A DNA stretch of 64,000 bases from NCBI RefSeq assembly GCF_002363955.1, contig NZ_DEXE01000008.1. One strand, 5' to 3'. The notes beneath the pieces were generated by a model. The model made no database searches. It was not told the origin of the DNA and saw only the letters and a list, made by a program, of their open reading frames with translations. Source of the DNA: Methylophaga sp. UBA3192 (GTDB lineage Bacteria > Pseudomonadota > Gammaproteobacteria > Nitrosococcales > Methylophagaceae). The position numbers and the translations under genes are program-made. This document shows, piece after piece, positions 8,362-18,346 of the stretch (the stretch's first letter is position 1; every line of letters begins with the position of its first letter).

Positions 8362-8924
8362 TGCTGACAAATATATTTCGAACCTTATGTTTACTGTTCA
8401 TTTACGCAATGATTTCAGGGTGTAGCGGATACAGTAGTGCGGTCAATTCATTTGGGCCTGAAACGCCCACCTCTGAAATTCGACAGCAGATTGAAGCGCC
8501 ACTGGAGCTGGCAGAGGGAGAATCACCTTTCTGCGCCAAACCGGTTGAACCAGATCCTGTTATGGCGCCAGCGATGGCGGCCTTACCCGCAGAACCATAT
8601 CGAGCTCGTTTATATTTTATTTTTGATACGAGCACGTTTACCCCGGAATCAGAAAGAGCTGCTCAAAAAGTGTTTGATGAAATAAAATCCCGCCAAATTG
8701 CTGAGGCGATTGTAATCGGACATACTGATACTATGGGCGCTGAAAAATACAATATAGGTTTGTCAGAACGTCGCGCGCAACGAGTTCGGCAAGAGCTTAT
8801 CCGTCGGGGTATACCCGAAAATATTATTACCACTAAAGGCATGGGCGAATCAGAGTTGTTCATTGAAACAGCCGATGAAGTTGCTGAGGCAAGGAATCGA
8901 CGTGTTGAAATCGACGTTCGCTGA
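8358..8924 (+). CDS. OmpA-family lipoprotein
   Basis: Lipobox ISGC. The C-terminal OmpA-like domain has GHTDTMGAEKYNIGLSERRAQRV...NRRVEI. Confidence 0.85.
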   Translation: MMLTNIFRTLCLLFIYAMISGCSGYSSAVNSFGPETPTSEIRQQIEAPLELAEGESPFCAKPVEPDPVMAPAMAALPAEPYRARLYFIFDTSTFTPESERAAQKVFDEIKSRQIAEAIVIGHTDTMGAEKYNIGLSERRAQRVRQELIRRGIPENIITTKGMGESELFIETADEVAEARNRRVEIDVR

Positions 8925-8939
8925 TGGAGTGTTGGATAA

Positions 8940-10286
8940 ATGAACAAAAACTTTAAATTACTGGCGCTTTGTACTTCCTTCATTACCGGCTTGACGGTAT
9001 TTCACGCGCCACTTATGGCACAGACTTTGGTTCAGGCAGTTGAGCAGACGATACAGAGTAATCCGGAAATTCTGGCCGAAGCCAATCGACGACTGAGTGT
9101 TGATAAAACGATTGATCAAGCCCGTGCCGGTTACGCTCCGCAAGTTGACCTGAATTTGGGGTATGGGCGTGAATATACCAAAAATCCTGCTACACGCCCG
9201 GGAAGCGAAACACTGACTCGTGGTGAGGCTGGCATTACAGCCAAGCAAATGTTGTACGATGGGTTTTATACCAAAAGCGAAGTTGACCGTACTACCGCTT
9301 CTGCTGATTCAGCGGGTTTTGCGGTAACCGATATTTCCGAACGAACCAGTTTGCAGGCGATTGGGGCCTATCTGGATGTATTGCGTCGGCAGGATCTATT
9401 GGAACTGACGCAAACCAATCTGCAATCACATGAAACGATTTTTTCACAAATTCAACAGCGTTCCGAGAGTGGTGTAGGCCGTCGGGCAGATGTTGATCAG
9501 GCTCAGGCACGATTGGCTCTGTCAAAGTCCAATCTCGAATCACAGCTTGGTAATATCGAAGATGCCAGAACCAACTTTCAGCGAGTTGTTGGCGTGATGC
9601 CCGAAAATATTACCAATCCGGGTGATGACTGCTGTGACAAAGCACCAGCCACTTTGGATGATGCGGTTAATATTGCTTTTAACCAACATCCTACCTTGCG
9701 GACGGCGCTGGCGAATCATGAGGCTTCTCTGGCACAGGAAAACGCTGCAAAGTCGGCGTTTCATCCGCGAATAGATTTGGACTTGGGTGCCTCTGCAGAC
9801 AATAATCTTGATGGCGTATCTGGCCAGGATAAAGGCCTCTATGCGATGTTCCGGCTGCAATATAATTTGCTGAATGGTGGTGCGGACAAGGCTCGGGTTG
9901 AGCAAATTGAACATTTAAGTGAACAGCAGAAAGAACTGATTAACCGGGCAAAACGGGAAATTGAACTGGATGTTCGTCTTGCATGGAATGCACTTGAAAA
10001 CGCGGAACGCCGGTTACCCGGATTAGAACAGCGTGTTGAAGCTGCAGAAAAAACCCGTGAGGCTTATGCGCTTCAATTTCGCGTAGGACAACGAACCTTA
10101 CTGGATTTATTGGATAGTGAGAATGAATTGCTTAGCGCCGGAATTGACTATACCGAAGTCTATTATGACCGGATTTATGCCTGTTACTGGCTGATGCAAT
10201 CAATGGGAAAACTGCTGGAAACAATGGCTATCGAACAACGTGAAGAAGCGATTACAGTAGCCAATCAGGATGCTGATACAGAATAA
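8940..10286 (+). CDS. TolC-family outer-membrane channel
   Basis: 448 aa with a signal peptide. Two-repeat TolC architecture (LVQAVEQTIQSNPEIL..., QRTLLDLLDSENEL). Confidence 0.85.
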   Translation: MNKNFKLLALCTSFITGLTVFHAPLMAQTLVQAVEQTIQSNPEILAEANRRLSVDKTIDQARAGYAPQVDLNLGYGREYTKNPATRPGSETLTRGEAGITAKQMLYDGFYTKSEVDRTTASADSAGFAVTDISERTSLQAIGAYLDVLRRQDLLELTQTNLQSHETIFSQIQQRSESGVGRRADVDQAQARLALSKSNLESQLGNIEDARTNFQRVVGVMPENITNPGDDCCDKAPATLDDAVNIAFNQHPTLRTALANHEASLAQENAAKSAFHPRIDLDLGASADNNLDGVSGQDKGLYAMFRLQYNLLNGGADKARVEQIEHLSEQQKELINRAKREIELDVRLAWNALENAERRLPGLEQRVEAAEKTREAYALQFRVGQRTLLDLLDSENELLSAGIDYTEVYYDRIYACYWLMQSMGKLLETMAIEQREEAITVANQDADTE

Positions 10287-10319
10287 ATAAAAGCGGATAT
10301 CCTAATCAGGACATCCGCT
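10282..10319 (-). terminator. Terminator for the minus-strand molybdoenzyme gene
   Basis: Minus strand reads AGCGGATGTCCTGATTAGGATATCCGCT followed by TTTTATTTATT. Confidence 0.5.
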
Positions 10320-10337
10320 GAACTTCTAGGGTGAGGT

Positions 10338-12461
10338 TTATCTAATTGCCTCTACCTGCACCAGGTTATCGGTAAAGGTGGGTGCATGCCCCATATCAAC
10401 AAACTCAGCTGAGCTGACGCAGTTTACCGTACCGTTATTTCGTTGCCGCCAGTACCCAAGGGTTGCTACAACAATTCCCGGGCCGACATCTTCAGTGATT
10501 TGTGCCTTGGCATCAAAACCACCCCGGTCGTTAAATACCCGAACAGTATCTCCCTGCTGGATCTGCCGCAGATCGGCATCTACAGCACTTATCATCACAA
10601 ACTGATCGCCTTGTGCTTTGAGTTTATTATCCATATTGGCGTAACAGGAATTCAAGAAGCCATGACTCTTCGGAGAAATGATATTCAGCGGGAAACGTTT
10701 AGCCAGTTCAGGATTAGACTGAGGCGTTTCTCTTGAAGCCACGTAGTCAGGTAGGCTATCCAGCGGTTCACCAGGTTGAAAGCCGTCATACATCTGTCTG
10801 AACGGGCCGGCAACAAAGTTGGTGGCATCATCAATACGGAAATGACATTTGCCGGAAGCTGTTGGAAAATTTCCGGCCTTATGTGGTGCCCGATTGTCTC
10901 TGGTACCCACATTAAGTCGTGCAAAACCATGTTCACGCAGATAGGCTAAATCAATGCCTTCACAGGCTGGAGAGTCCCAGTCCACATAGTTTTCCAGACA
11001 TTCACTATCGTTCCATTTGAAATTTTCTTCTTCATAGCCCATTTTGGCAGCAAGGCGGCGGAAGATTTCATTGTTCGGAATGGCTTCACCGGGCGAATCA
11101 ACACATTTTTCATTGTAGGTGAGATAGAGATGACCCCATGACAACACCATATCTTCCATTTCAGCACCCATTGATGCAGGCAAAACGATATCGGCAAATG
11201 AAGCGGTGTCAGATAGAAAATGTTCCGCCGATACCAGAAATAAATCTTCCCGCATGAGTCCCGCCACGATTTTGTCTGTTTCAGCCGCCTGAGTAACAGG
11301 ATTGGCATTCCAGCACATCATCGATTTGATCGGAATATCAAGATTCATTTCATTGGTTAAGGCCCGGCCAATCTGAATCGCATTAATCACCCGAGTGCCT
11401 TCCGGAATTAAATCGGGACGACAGATAACATCAAATTTATAGGGGTGTTCCCATACTGGGAATTGTAAAGCGCCACCCCCAACATGTCGCCATGCGCCGA
11501 CTAATGCCGGTAAGGAGCTGATAGCCCGAATGGCCTGACCTCCACCATAATTACGTTCCAAGGCAACCCCCAGACGAATGGCTGCAGGTTGAGTGGTGGC
11601 AAATTCGCGAGCAAGCTGTCGAATATCGTGAGCGCTTACTCCGGTAATATCTTCAGCCCATTCTGGTGTTCGTTGTTTAGCGCGTTCAGCCAGTTCGGCA
11701 TATCCAACAGTATAGTTATCTACATAATCCTGATCGACTAATCCTTCCTCAATGATGGTGTGCATCATTGCCATAGCAAGCGCACCATCAGTGCCCGGTT
11801 TGGGGGCAATATGCCAATCGGCTTCTTTGGCTGTTTTGGATTTGTAAGGATCAATAACAATGACTTTGGCACCGCGTTTCTGAGCATCTTTAACGATATG
11901 CCAGTGATGCAGATTAGTGCTGACGGAATTGCAGCCCCAGATAATGATGTATTTAGAATGAATAAAGCTTTCCGGATCCACGCCAGCAGTTGGACCAACG
12001 GTTAACAGCCAGGCGGTACACGAGCCTTCACCACAAAAGGTACGTTCACAAACGGTCGCGCCCATTTTATTAAAGAAAGCATCGCCGCCATTCAGGCCAT
12101 GAACCAGTCCCTGATTACCAAGATAACTATAAGGAATGATGGCCTGAGGCCCATATTCATCAATAATCGCTTTCCAGCGATCGGTGATTTCGGTGAGTGC
12201 TTCATCCCAGCTGATTTGTTCAAACTGGCCACTGCCCTTGGGGCCGGTTCGACGCATGGGATGTAAAACACGTTCGGGATGGTAATGACGTTTTTCGTAG
12301 TCTTTGAGTTTGACGCACAAGCCGCCACGGGTCATTGGATGGTCAGCATTACCCCGGACAGAGATTAACTGACCATTTTCAACTTCATAGACCATCGAAC
12401 AGGTATCAGGGCAATCATGTGGACAACCGCCGTGATGAGTGGTTTTCAATACACTGGCCAT
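10338..12461 (-). CDS. Cytoplasmic molybdopterin oxidoreductase (MopB superfamily) with N-terminal Fe-S Cys motif
   Basis: 707 aa. CPHDCPDTCSM cluster motif, no Tat signal, and typical IIWGCN and VIVIDPY segments. Substrate not inferable. Confidence 0.85.
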   Translation of the reverse strand: MASVLKTTHHGGCPHDCPDTCSMVYEVENGQLISVRGNADHPMTRGGLCVKLKDYEKRHYHPERVLHPMRRTGPKGSGQFEQISWDEALTEITDRWKAIIDEYGPQAIIPYSYLGNQGLVHGLNGGDAFFNKMGATVCERTFCGEGSCTAWLLTVGPTAGVDPESFIHSKYIIIWGCNSVSTNLHHWHIVKDAQKRGAKVIVIDPYKSKTAKEADWHIAPKPGTDGALAMAMMHTIIEEGLVDQDYVDNYTVGYAELAERAKQRTPEWAEDITGVSAHDIRQLAREFATTQPAAIRLGVALERNYGGGQAIRAISSLPALVGAWRHVGGGALQFPVWEHPYKFDVICRPDLIPEGTRVINAIQIGRALTNEMNLDIPIKSMMCWNANPVTQAAETDKIVAGLMREDLFLVSAEHFLSDTASFADIVLPASMGAEMEDMVLSWGHLYLTYNEKCVDSPGEAIPNNEIFRRLAAKMGYEEENFKWNDSECLENYVDWDSPACEGIDLAYLREHGFARLNVGTRDNRAPHKAGNFPTASGKCHFRIDDATNFVAGPFRQMYDGFQPGEPLDSLPDYVASRETPQSNPELAKRFPLNIISPKSHGFLNSCYANMDNKLKAQGDQFVMISAVDADLRQIQQGDTVRVFNDRGGFDAKAQITEDVGPGIVVATLGYWRQRNNGTVNCVSSAEFVDMGHAPTFTDNLVQVEAIR

Positions 12462-12641
12462 AACAATTTGCCTCCCGAAATCATCTGCAACAAGTTTTAT
12501 GACTATACACCAGTCTGGAACGGGAATTTTGCCCGCTATTTAGCCAAAATATAAAAATATATAACACTGTTTATACTCGGTTTTTTGGTCTTTATCCTGT
12601 GTTAATCAATCATTCATAGGAATATGTTAGCTTCACCCGAA

Positions 12642-13071
12642 GGCTTGTTGATCTTTCATAGCCACCACTGCTGGAGGCTATTTTTCCGTCCAACAAGGCG
12701 GAAATGATGCGATGTAGTGTTCTACATAATTCATTTCCAACGCCGTGGGGCGGAAAAAATAGTCCCAGCCCTGTGGGTTGTGGCTGAAAATGCAACACTT
12801 ATGTCCACGGATGGACTGTATGCCGGCGCGCCAGGGAGGCGCGCGCCGGCCTGTGTTGCTCGTCGTTTATTTAGAACGACTACAAAACCGCCGGGACAAG
12901 CAATGTTCCAGACATTGCTTTTGCATATACTCGATCCATGGAGATAAACGTTTTTGAGCGTCAGCCCCGAAGGGGTGAGATACACGGATGTATCTCACAA
13001 ACTACACTCCTCGCGCCTTGATTGGTGCATTTTCAGTCACAACAGAGGCGGTTATGAAAGATCAACAAGCC
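12642..13071. repeat. 430-bp TIR-bounded, hairpin-dense non-coding element (MITE-like element or large structured RNA)
   Basis: 19-bp perfect terminal inverted repeat (12642-12660 / 13053-13071). An 18-bp internal long-range helix and at least 8 local perfect stems. No credible ORF. See findings. Confidence 0.6.
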
Positions 13072-13145
13072 CTAGTTAATTTGACTTCTCTCGGCTTGGG
13101 TGTAGGCTCGCCGATCTGTTTGATAACAAAAAAAGGAGAAACAAC

Positions 13146-13640
13146 ATGGCAACCGTAACTTTGAAAGGCAATCCGTTTGAAACCGTTGGAAATCTGCCAA
13201 AAGTGGGTGACAAGGCTCCCGGCTTTTCAGTGGTAAAAGATGACCTGTCGGATTTGAATTTATCCGATCTGAATGGTCGAATTGTGCTGAATATTTTTCC
13301 ATCGATAGACACAGACACTTGTGCGATGTCAGTGCGTCAATTTAATCAAAAAGCCACAGCGCTTGATAACACCAAAGTTGTTTGTATTTCGAAAGATTTG
13401 CCTTTTGCTCTTGCCCGTTTTTGTGGTGCTGAAGGTCTTGATAATGTGGAGGTTGGCTCAGCATTTCGTTCCAGCTTTGGGGAAGACTATGGTGTGACAG
13501 CCAAAACCGGTCCGCTGAAAGGTTTGTTATCCCGTGCTGTTGTTGTTATCGATGAAAACGGAAAAGTCATCTATACCGAACAGGTTGCAGAAACCGCGGA
13601 TGAACCCGATTATGAAGCCGCCTTAAGTGCTTTAAACTAA
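13146..13640 (+). CDS. tpx: Thiol peroxidase
   Basis: 164 aa. Motifs [17 protein letters not shown] and FCGAEG. RBS AAGGAG. Confidence 0.93.
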   Translation: MATVTLKGNPFETVGNLPKVGDKAPGFSVVKDDLSDLNLSDLNGRIVLNIFPSIDTDTCAMSVRQFNQKATALDNTKVVCISKDLPFALARFCGAEGLDNVEVGSAFRSSFGEDYGVTAKTGPLKGLLSRAVVVIDENGKVIYTEQVAETADEPDYEAALSALN

Positions 13641-13663
13641 AAAAAACTGCTTGAAAGCTCCTT

Positions 13664-13694
13664 AAATCCCGGTGGTTTCCATCGGGATTTTTTA
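13664..13694 (+). terminator. Rho-independent terminator after tpx
   Basis: AAATCCCG, an 11-nt loop, then CGGGATTT and a T run. Confidence 0.7.
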
Positions 13695-13772
13695 TATGTA
13701 ATCTGAACATTGTTTGCCATGATTAGTCTCAAAGGATAATGATGACATTAACTCTGACGATGATTGGGTGAT

Positions 13773-14420
13773 ATGGACAAGTTAGATCAACTTTTTGCAT
13801 CCGTGGCGGTTATTGCTGAATTTCATCCGAAGCTCAAGGCTATTCGTTTTTGGCAGGATGGCATAACCCAGCAATATCACTCAGCAGTTATCTTCTATGA
13901 AAGAACATTAGAACCACGCGAAGAGCTTGAGGCTGATATTGCCAATATTGCTACTCAGTTAGCTTCCGCGGCTTTACCTGACTATCACGCATTTTGCGTC
14001 GATCTGGAGCATTTGTTTAATGGTGCCCAGCCATCAGGGCCAATAGCGCATCTGACGGAAGTGGATTGGCGAACCTTTCGTAAGATCGCATCCTATGCAC
14101 AATACTGGAAACAGCGAAACCCTCGAGAAGTGAATAAACTGATTACTTTTGTTATGGCGGTTCCCGTTTTCAGTCGCCTGGCTGGCCAGTTAATTGTACA
14201 AAGTCACAATGCCACAGAAAGCCAGATTTTCGATCAGATTGCTCAGCAGCAGGGTTCTTTTATTATGGGCGGAAAACGTTTTCGTGAATTGTTCCGGCAG
14301 GAAATTGATACTGCCTATAATGAAGCCAAACTTCTGGTTTCAACGTTCCGTGGAACCAAGACAGATGAAGCGGCCCGGATTGTGAATGGGATGGTTGAGT
14401 CGATGGTAAACAAATCTTAA
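13773..14420 (+). CDS. Hypothetical protein (215 aa from ATG; track ORF begins at TTG 13764)
   Basis: Long ORF in an otherwise empty interval. I recognise no motif. Confidence 0.5.
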   Translation: MDKLDQLFASVAVIAEFHPKLKAIRFWQDGITQQYHSAVIFYERTLEPREELEADIANIATQLASAALPDYHAFCVDLEHLFNGAQPSGPIAHLTEVDWRTFRKIASYAQYWKQRNPREVNKLITFVMAVPVFSRLAGQLIVQSHNATESQIFDQIAQQQGSFIMGGKRFRELFRQEIDTAYNEAKLLVSTFRGTKTDEAARIVNGMVESMVNKS

Positions 14421-14560
14421 CGATTAAAATCAGGTGTTTGTTGTCTTTTTTCAGACAGGAAAAAGTCCTTAATCAAACGATAATCTTTAGCTGATAGCGT
14501 TGTCAGTTATAAATGGTCTGCGAAGGACCTCCAGTTTCAGATCACAACAGGAAATTCACC

Positions 14561-15025
14561 ATGAAATTATCGATCAATGGCGCAAGTCATGAAGTCAATT
14601 TGCCTGAAGAAATGCCGATTCTTTGGACTTTACGAGATGTGCTGGGCATGACAGGTACTAAATTCGGTTGCGGCAAAGCATTATGCGGTGCCTGTACAGT
14701 AATGCTGGATGGCCAGCCCATCCGTTCTTGCTCTACACCGATCAGTGCTGCAAAAGACAAACAGATCGTTACCATTGAAGCGGTAAGTGAAGATAAAATC
14801 GGCCGGGCCATTCAACAGGCCTGGGTTGAGCTTGGGGTACCGCAATGTGGTTACTGTCAGTCGGGTCAAGTGGTCTCCGCAACAGCATTACTACAGAACA
14901 ATTCCAACCCCAGTGATGACGATATTGATAATGCGATGAGTGGCAACATCTGTCGTTGTGGCACCTATAACCGAATACGTGATGCCATTAAATTAGCCGC
15001 CACAAAAAGCGGAGGTGCACAATGA
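14561..15025 (+). CDS. (2Fe-2S)-binding small subunit of an IorAB/aldehyde-oxidase-type molybdoenzyme
   Basis: Start moved to MKLSINGASHEV (AGGA upstream). Motifs GCGKALCGACTV and CGYCQSG...CRCGTY. Confidence 0.9.
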   Translation: MKLSINGASHEVNLPEEMPILWTLRDVLGMTGTKFGCGKALCGACTVMLDGQPIRSCSTPISAAKDKQIVTIEAVSEDKIGRAIQQAWVELGVPQCGYCQSGQVVSATALLQNNSNPSDDDIDNAMSGNICRCGTYNRIRDAIKLAATKSGGAQ

Positions 15026-17340
15026 ACAAGCCACTTAAAAACGAAAGTCTGCAAACTGAAATCACCAATATCAGTCGTCGCAATCTGTTAAAAGGATTTG
15101 CCCTGACAGGCTTTGTGCTGGCTGTCGGTATGCCTTTTGCCGGTTTTGCAGAAGATGAAGAAACGCCCAAATATGGTCGTGATGCGATGCCAAATGGCTG
15201 GGTGGATAATCCCTTGGTATTTGTGGCAATTGCGGAGGACGGTACGGTCACGATCGTCTGTCATCGTGCAGAAATGGGGCAGGGCGTGCGGACCAGCTTA
15301 CCTATGGTGGTGGCTGATGAACTGGAAGCCGACTGGGATCGGGTAAAGGTCATCCAGGCGCCCGGTGATGAGGAACGCTATGGTAATCAGGATACGGATG
15401 GCTCCCGCAGCGTCAGACACTTCTTTATGCCGATGCGAAATGTCGGAGCCGCCGCCAGAATGATGCTGGAAGCTGCCGCCGCCGCACATTGGGGGGTTGG
15501 GGTAGATGAAGTATTTGCTGAAAATCATCAGATCAAACATCAATCCTCTGGCAAAACTATCGGTTACGGTGAACTTGCCAAAGCGGCAGCGGCGTTGGAT
15601 GTGCCTGAACGTGAAAAACTGCAGTTAAAACCAGCGGATAAGTTTCGCTATATCGGTAAGCAATCCACCAAGTTGATTGACGGTGAAGATATTGTTACTG
15701 GCAAGGCTATATACGGTATTGATGTTCAGGTTGACGGTATGGTGCATGCGGTGATTGCCCGCCCTCCCGTCTATGGTGGCAAGGTAAAGTCATTTGATGA
15801 CTCTGAGACGATGAAAGTCCCGGGCGTTATTAAGGTAGTGACACTGGAAGGCAGTCCACCGCCAGCAGTTTTTAATCCTCTTGGTGGCATTGCCGTCATT
15901 GCTGCAAATACCTGGGCAGCCATGCAGGGCCGTGAAAAACTGAAAATCGAGTGGGAACATGGCGAAAATGCCAGCTATAACACTGATGAATACCGTCAGC
16001 AGATGCTTAAATCCGCTTCATCTTCCGGCGGCAAAGTGTTGCGCAGCAGTGGTGATGTGAGCAAAGCATTAGAAACCGCTGATAAAACCTTCAAGGCAGA
16101 TTATTACATCCCGCATTTATCGCAGGCACCGATGGAGCCACCGGTTGCCACTGCAAGAATTCAGAATGGAAAATGTGAAGTCTGGGCCCCGACTCAGGCG
16201 CCCCAAGCCAGTAAAGACACAGTCGCTAAATGGCTGGATATATCTTCTGATGATGTCACCGTTCATGTCACATTGCTGGGTGGTGGTTTTGGCCGTAAAT
16301 CCAAGCCCGATTATCTGGTCGAAGCGGCCTTGCTTTCCAAAGCAATGGATGGGCGTGCTGTACAGGTCACCTGGAGTCGCGAAGATGATTTACATAATGG
16401 CTACCTGCACACGGTTTCGATTGAACATCTTGAAGCGGCAGTAAATGCTGATGGTAAAACCACAGGTTGGTTACATCGCACTGTGGCGCCGTCAATTTCT
16501 TCGACTTTTGATGCGTCTTCCGTGCATCAGATGCCCATTGAGCTGGGCATGGGGGTGATGAATATTCCCTTTGCCATTGATAATATTCAACTGGAAAATC
16601 CTGCCGCTAAAGCGCATACCCGTATTGGCTGGTTCCGATCGGTGGCCAATATTCCGCGCGCCTTTGCTATCCAATCGTTTATTGCGGAAATGGCTGATGA
16701 ATTAGGACAAGACCATAAAGCCTTTTTATTGGATCTGATTGGCCCTGCTCGAAAAATTGATCCGGTTGAATTAAAAGATGAGTGGAACTACGGCGAATCA
16801 CCAGAGGAGTATCCGCTGGATACGGGAAGATTACGCCGTGTTGTGGAGGCGGTTTGTGAAAAGGCCAACTGGGGACGTGATTTACCTGCAGGCAGAGGCC
16901 TTGGACTGGCGACCCATTACAGTTTTGTCACCTATACTGCGGCAATTGTTGAAGTAGAAGTCTCTGAGGATGGCGACTTAACCATTCCACGAATCGATAT
17001 TGCTGTAGATTGTGGGCCACAAGTAAATCCGGAGCGAATACGTTCACAAATGGAAGGTGCCTGCATCATGGGTATCAGCCTGGCGATGGTAGGTGAAATC
17101 AGTTTTAAAGATGGTGCGGTTCAGCAAGATAATTTTGATAGTTATCAAGTCTCCAGAATGAATGAGTCGCCTCGCGAAGTTCATGTGCATTTGTTACCGG
17201 CCGAAGATTTCAATACGCCGCTAGGCGGGGTTGGAGAGCCGGGACTGCCGCCAATTGCACCTGCTTTATGTAATGCCATTTTTGCTGCCACCGGTAAGCG
17301 CATCCGCGATTTACCGATCCGTTATCAATTGGAAAGCTGA
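15022..17340 (+). CDS. Molybdopterin-binding large subunit (IorB-like) with Tat signal
   Basis: 772 aa. [13 protein letters not shown] twin-arginine motif and xanthine-dehydrogenase-family segments. Overlaps the small subunit by 4 nt. Confidence 0.9.
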   Translation: MNKPLKNESLQTEITNISRRNLLKGFALTGFVLAVGMPFAGFAEDEETPKYGRDAMPNGWVDNPLVFVAIAEDGTVTIVCHRAEMGQGVRTSLPMVVADELEADWDRVKVIQAPGDEERYGNQDTDGSRSVRHFFMPMRNVGAAARMMLEAAAAAHWGVGVDEVFAENHQIKHQSSGKTIGYGELAKAAAALDVPEREKLQLKPADKFRYIGKQSTKLIDGEDIVTGKAIYGIDVQVDGMVHAVIARPPVYGGKVKSFDDSETMKVPGVIKVVTLEGSPPPAVFNPLGGIAVIAANTWAAMQGREKLKIEWEHGENASYNTDEYRQQMLKSASSSGGKVLRSSGDVSKALETADKTFKADYYIPHLSQAPMEPPVATARIQNGKCEVWAPTQAPQASKDTVAKWLDISSDDVTVHVTLLGGGFGRKSKPDYLVEAALLSKAMDGRAVQVTWSREDDLHNGYLHTVSIEHLEAAVNADGKTTGWLHRTVAPSISSTFDASSVHQMPIELGMGVMNIPFAIDNIQLENPAAKAHTRIGWFRSVANIPRAFAIQSFIAEMADELGQDHKAFLLDLIGPARKIDPVELKDEWNYGESPEEYPLDTGRLRRVVEAVCEKANWGRDLPAGRGLGLATHYSFVTYTAAIVEVEVSEDGDLTIPRIDIAVDCGPQVNPERIRSQMEGACIMGISLAMVGEISFKDGAVQQDNFDSYQVSRMNESPREVHVHLLPAEDFNTPLGGVGEPGLPPIAPALCNAIFAATGKRIRDLPIRYQLES

Positions 17341-17342
17341 GC

Positions 17343-18335
17343 ATGGACAGTGTTGATTTATCGGTTTTTAAAGCAATGCAGAAATGGCTGGAAGCCGATT
17401 TAACTCTATGGCTGGTGACCGTTGTGAAAACCTTCGGTTCCAGTCCACGTCAACCTGGAGCGATGCTGGTTTTACGCGAAGACGGCGTGTTAGTTGGTTC
17501 GGTATCAGGCGGTTGTATTGAAGATGATCTGGTTAGCAAGGCTCAGTCTGGCGAATTACCTCGCAATCAAGCCGAATTAATGGTCTATGGTGTGACCCGG
17601 GAAGAGGCACAGCGATTTAATTTACCCTGTGGCGGTACACTGGAACTGGTTGTTGAACCGGTTACCGACACCCTCTGGGTCGATCAAGTACGCCATGCGA
17701 TAAACAGTCATCGTTTGATTAAACGTGATTTACAGCTTTCTACATTGGTGAGTCATTGTACTGATGCCAATGCGACGGATGTGGTTGTACAAATAAACGA
17801 AAAGCAACTTTCGGTTGTGTATGGACCAAGGTGGCGGCTGTTGATTATTGGTGCCGGACAGACTTCGGCTTACCTGGCCAATATGGCACAGGCGCTGGAT
17901 TATCAGGTCTCCGTTTGTGAGCCGAGAGAAGCCATGTGTGAAAGTTGGGATACTGATGATGTAGTGCTGCTTAATATGATGCCCGATGATGCCGTTTTGG
18001 CAATGCAACCTGATGCGCATACTGCCATTGTGGCGTTAACCCACGATCCGAAGCTTGATGATATGGCCTTACTCGAAGCCCTCAAATCAGCTGCTTTTTA
18101 TGTTGGAGCGCTGGGTAGCAAAAAAAATAATGCCAACCGCCGTAAACGCCTGGCGATGTTTGATTTATCAGCAACAGAAATTGAACGTTTACATGGACCG
18201 GTGGGTTTGCCGATTGGCAGTCGTACACCACCGGAAATTGCCATTGCCATTTTGGCCGAGCTAATAGCGTTGCGACGGAATCATCCTGCTAAGTCCACAG
18301 AGCTTTTGCCGAAAACACAATCAGTTTGCAGTTAA
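17343..18335 (+). CDS. XdhC/CoxI-family molybdoenzyme maturation protein
   Basis: Contains GSSPRQPGAMLV and GSVSGGCIEDDL, plus a Rossmann-like LLIIGAGQTS segment. Confidence 0.85.
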   Translation: MDSVDLSVFKAMQKWLEADLTLWLVTVVKTFGSSPRQPGAMLVLREDGVLVGSVSGGCIEDDLVSKAQSGELPRNQAELMVYGVTREEAQRFNLPCGGTLELVVEPVTDTLWVDQVRHAINSHRLIKRDLQLSTLVSHCTDANATDVVVQINEKQLSVVYGPRWRLLIIGAGQTSAYLANMAQALDYQVSVCEPREAMCESWDTDDVVLLNMMPDDAVLAMQPDAHTAIVALTHDPKLDDMALLEALKSAAFYVGALGSKKNNANRRKRLAMFDLSATEIERLHGPVGLPIGSRTPPEIAIAILAELIALRRNHPAKSTELLPKTQSVCS

Positions 18336-18346
18336 CCGAGCCTTAG

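Noticed and set aside
12610-12985. Track ORFs inside the element (12610..12798-, 12717..12947+, 12731..12985-)
   Set aside because: They overlap each other on both strands, have no RBS and give low-complexity Arg/Ala/Pro-rich translations produced by the GC-rich hairpins.
12803-12998. CsrB/RsmZ-type CsrA-sequestering RNA. Two hairpin loops present CACGGATG, and 12981-12992 matches 11 of 12 positions of the SELEX consensus RUACARGGAUGU.
   Set aside because: Only 9 GGA triplets occur in 430 nt, close to the random expectation, and only two are loop-exposed. No GacA/UvrY-type upstream box (TGTAAG-N6-CTTACA) was seen. It is kept as a minor possibility only.
12642-13071. Known RNA classes for the 430-bp element (RNase P RNA, tmRNA, 6S, Moco riboswitch next to the Mo-enzyme gene, cobalamin riboswitch)
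   Set aside because: None of the conserved signature strings I remember for these classes is present, such as the GGAAAGTCCGGGC-type RNase P core, the B12 box or a tRNA-like 3' end. The Mo-enzyme gene is on the other strand, with an ordinary AT-rich promoter region between it and the element.
13054-13167. A conserved small protein starting in the repeat end. The ORFs read MKDQQAL... here and MKNKQAL... at 46226.
   Set aside because: The third family member (58856-58876) has a stop after 6 codons. The sequences diverge right after the repeat. The ORF here would run through the tpx promoter, RBS and start in another frame.
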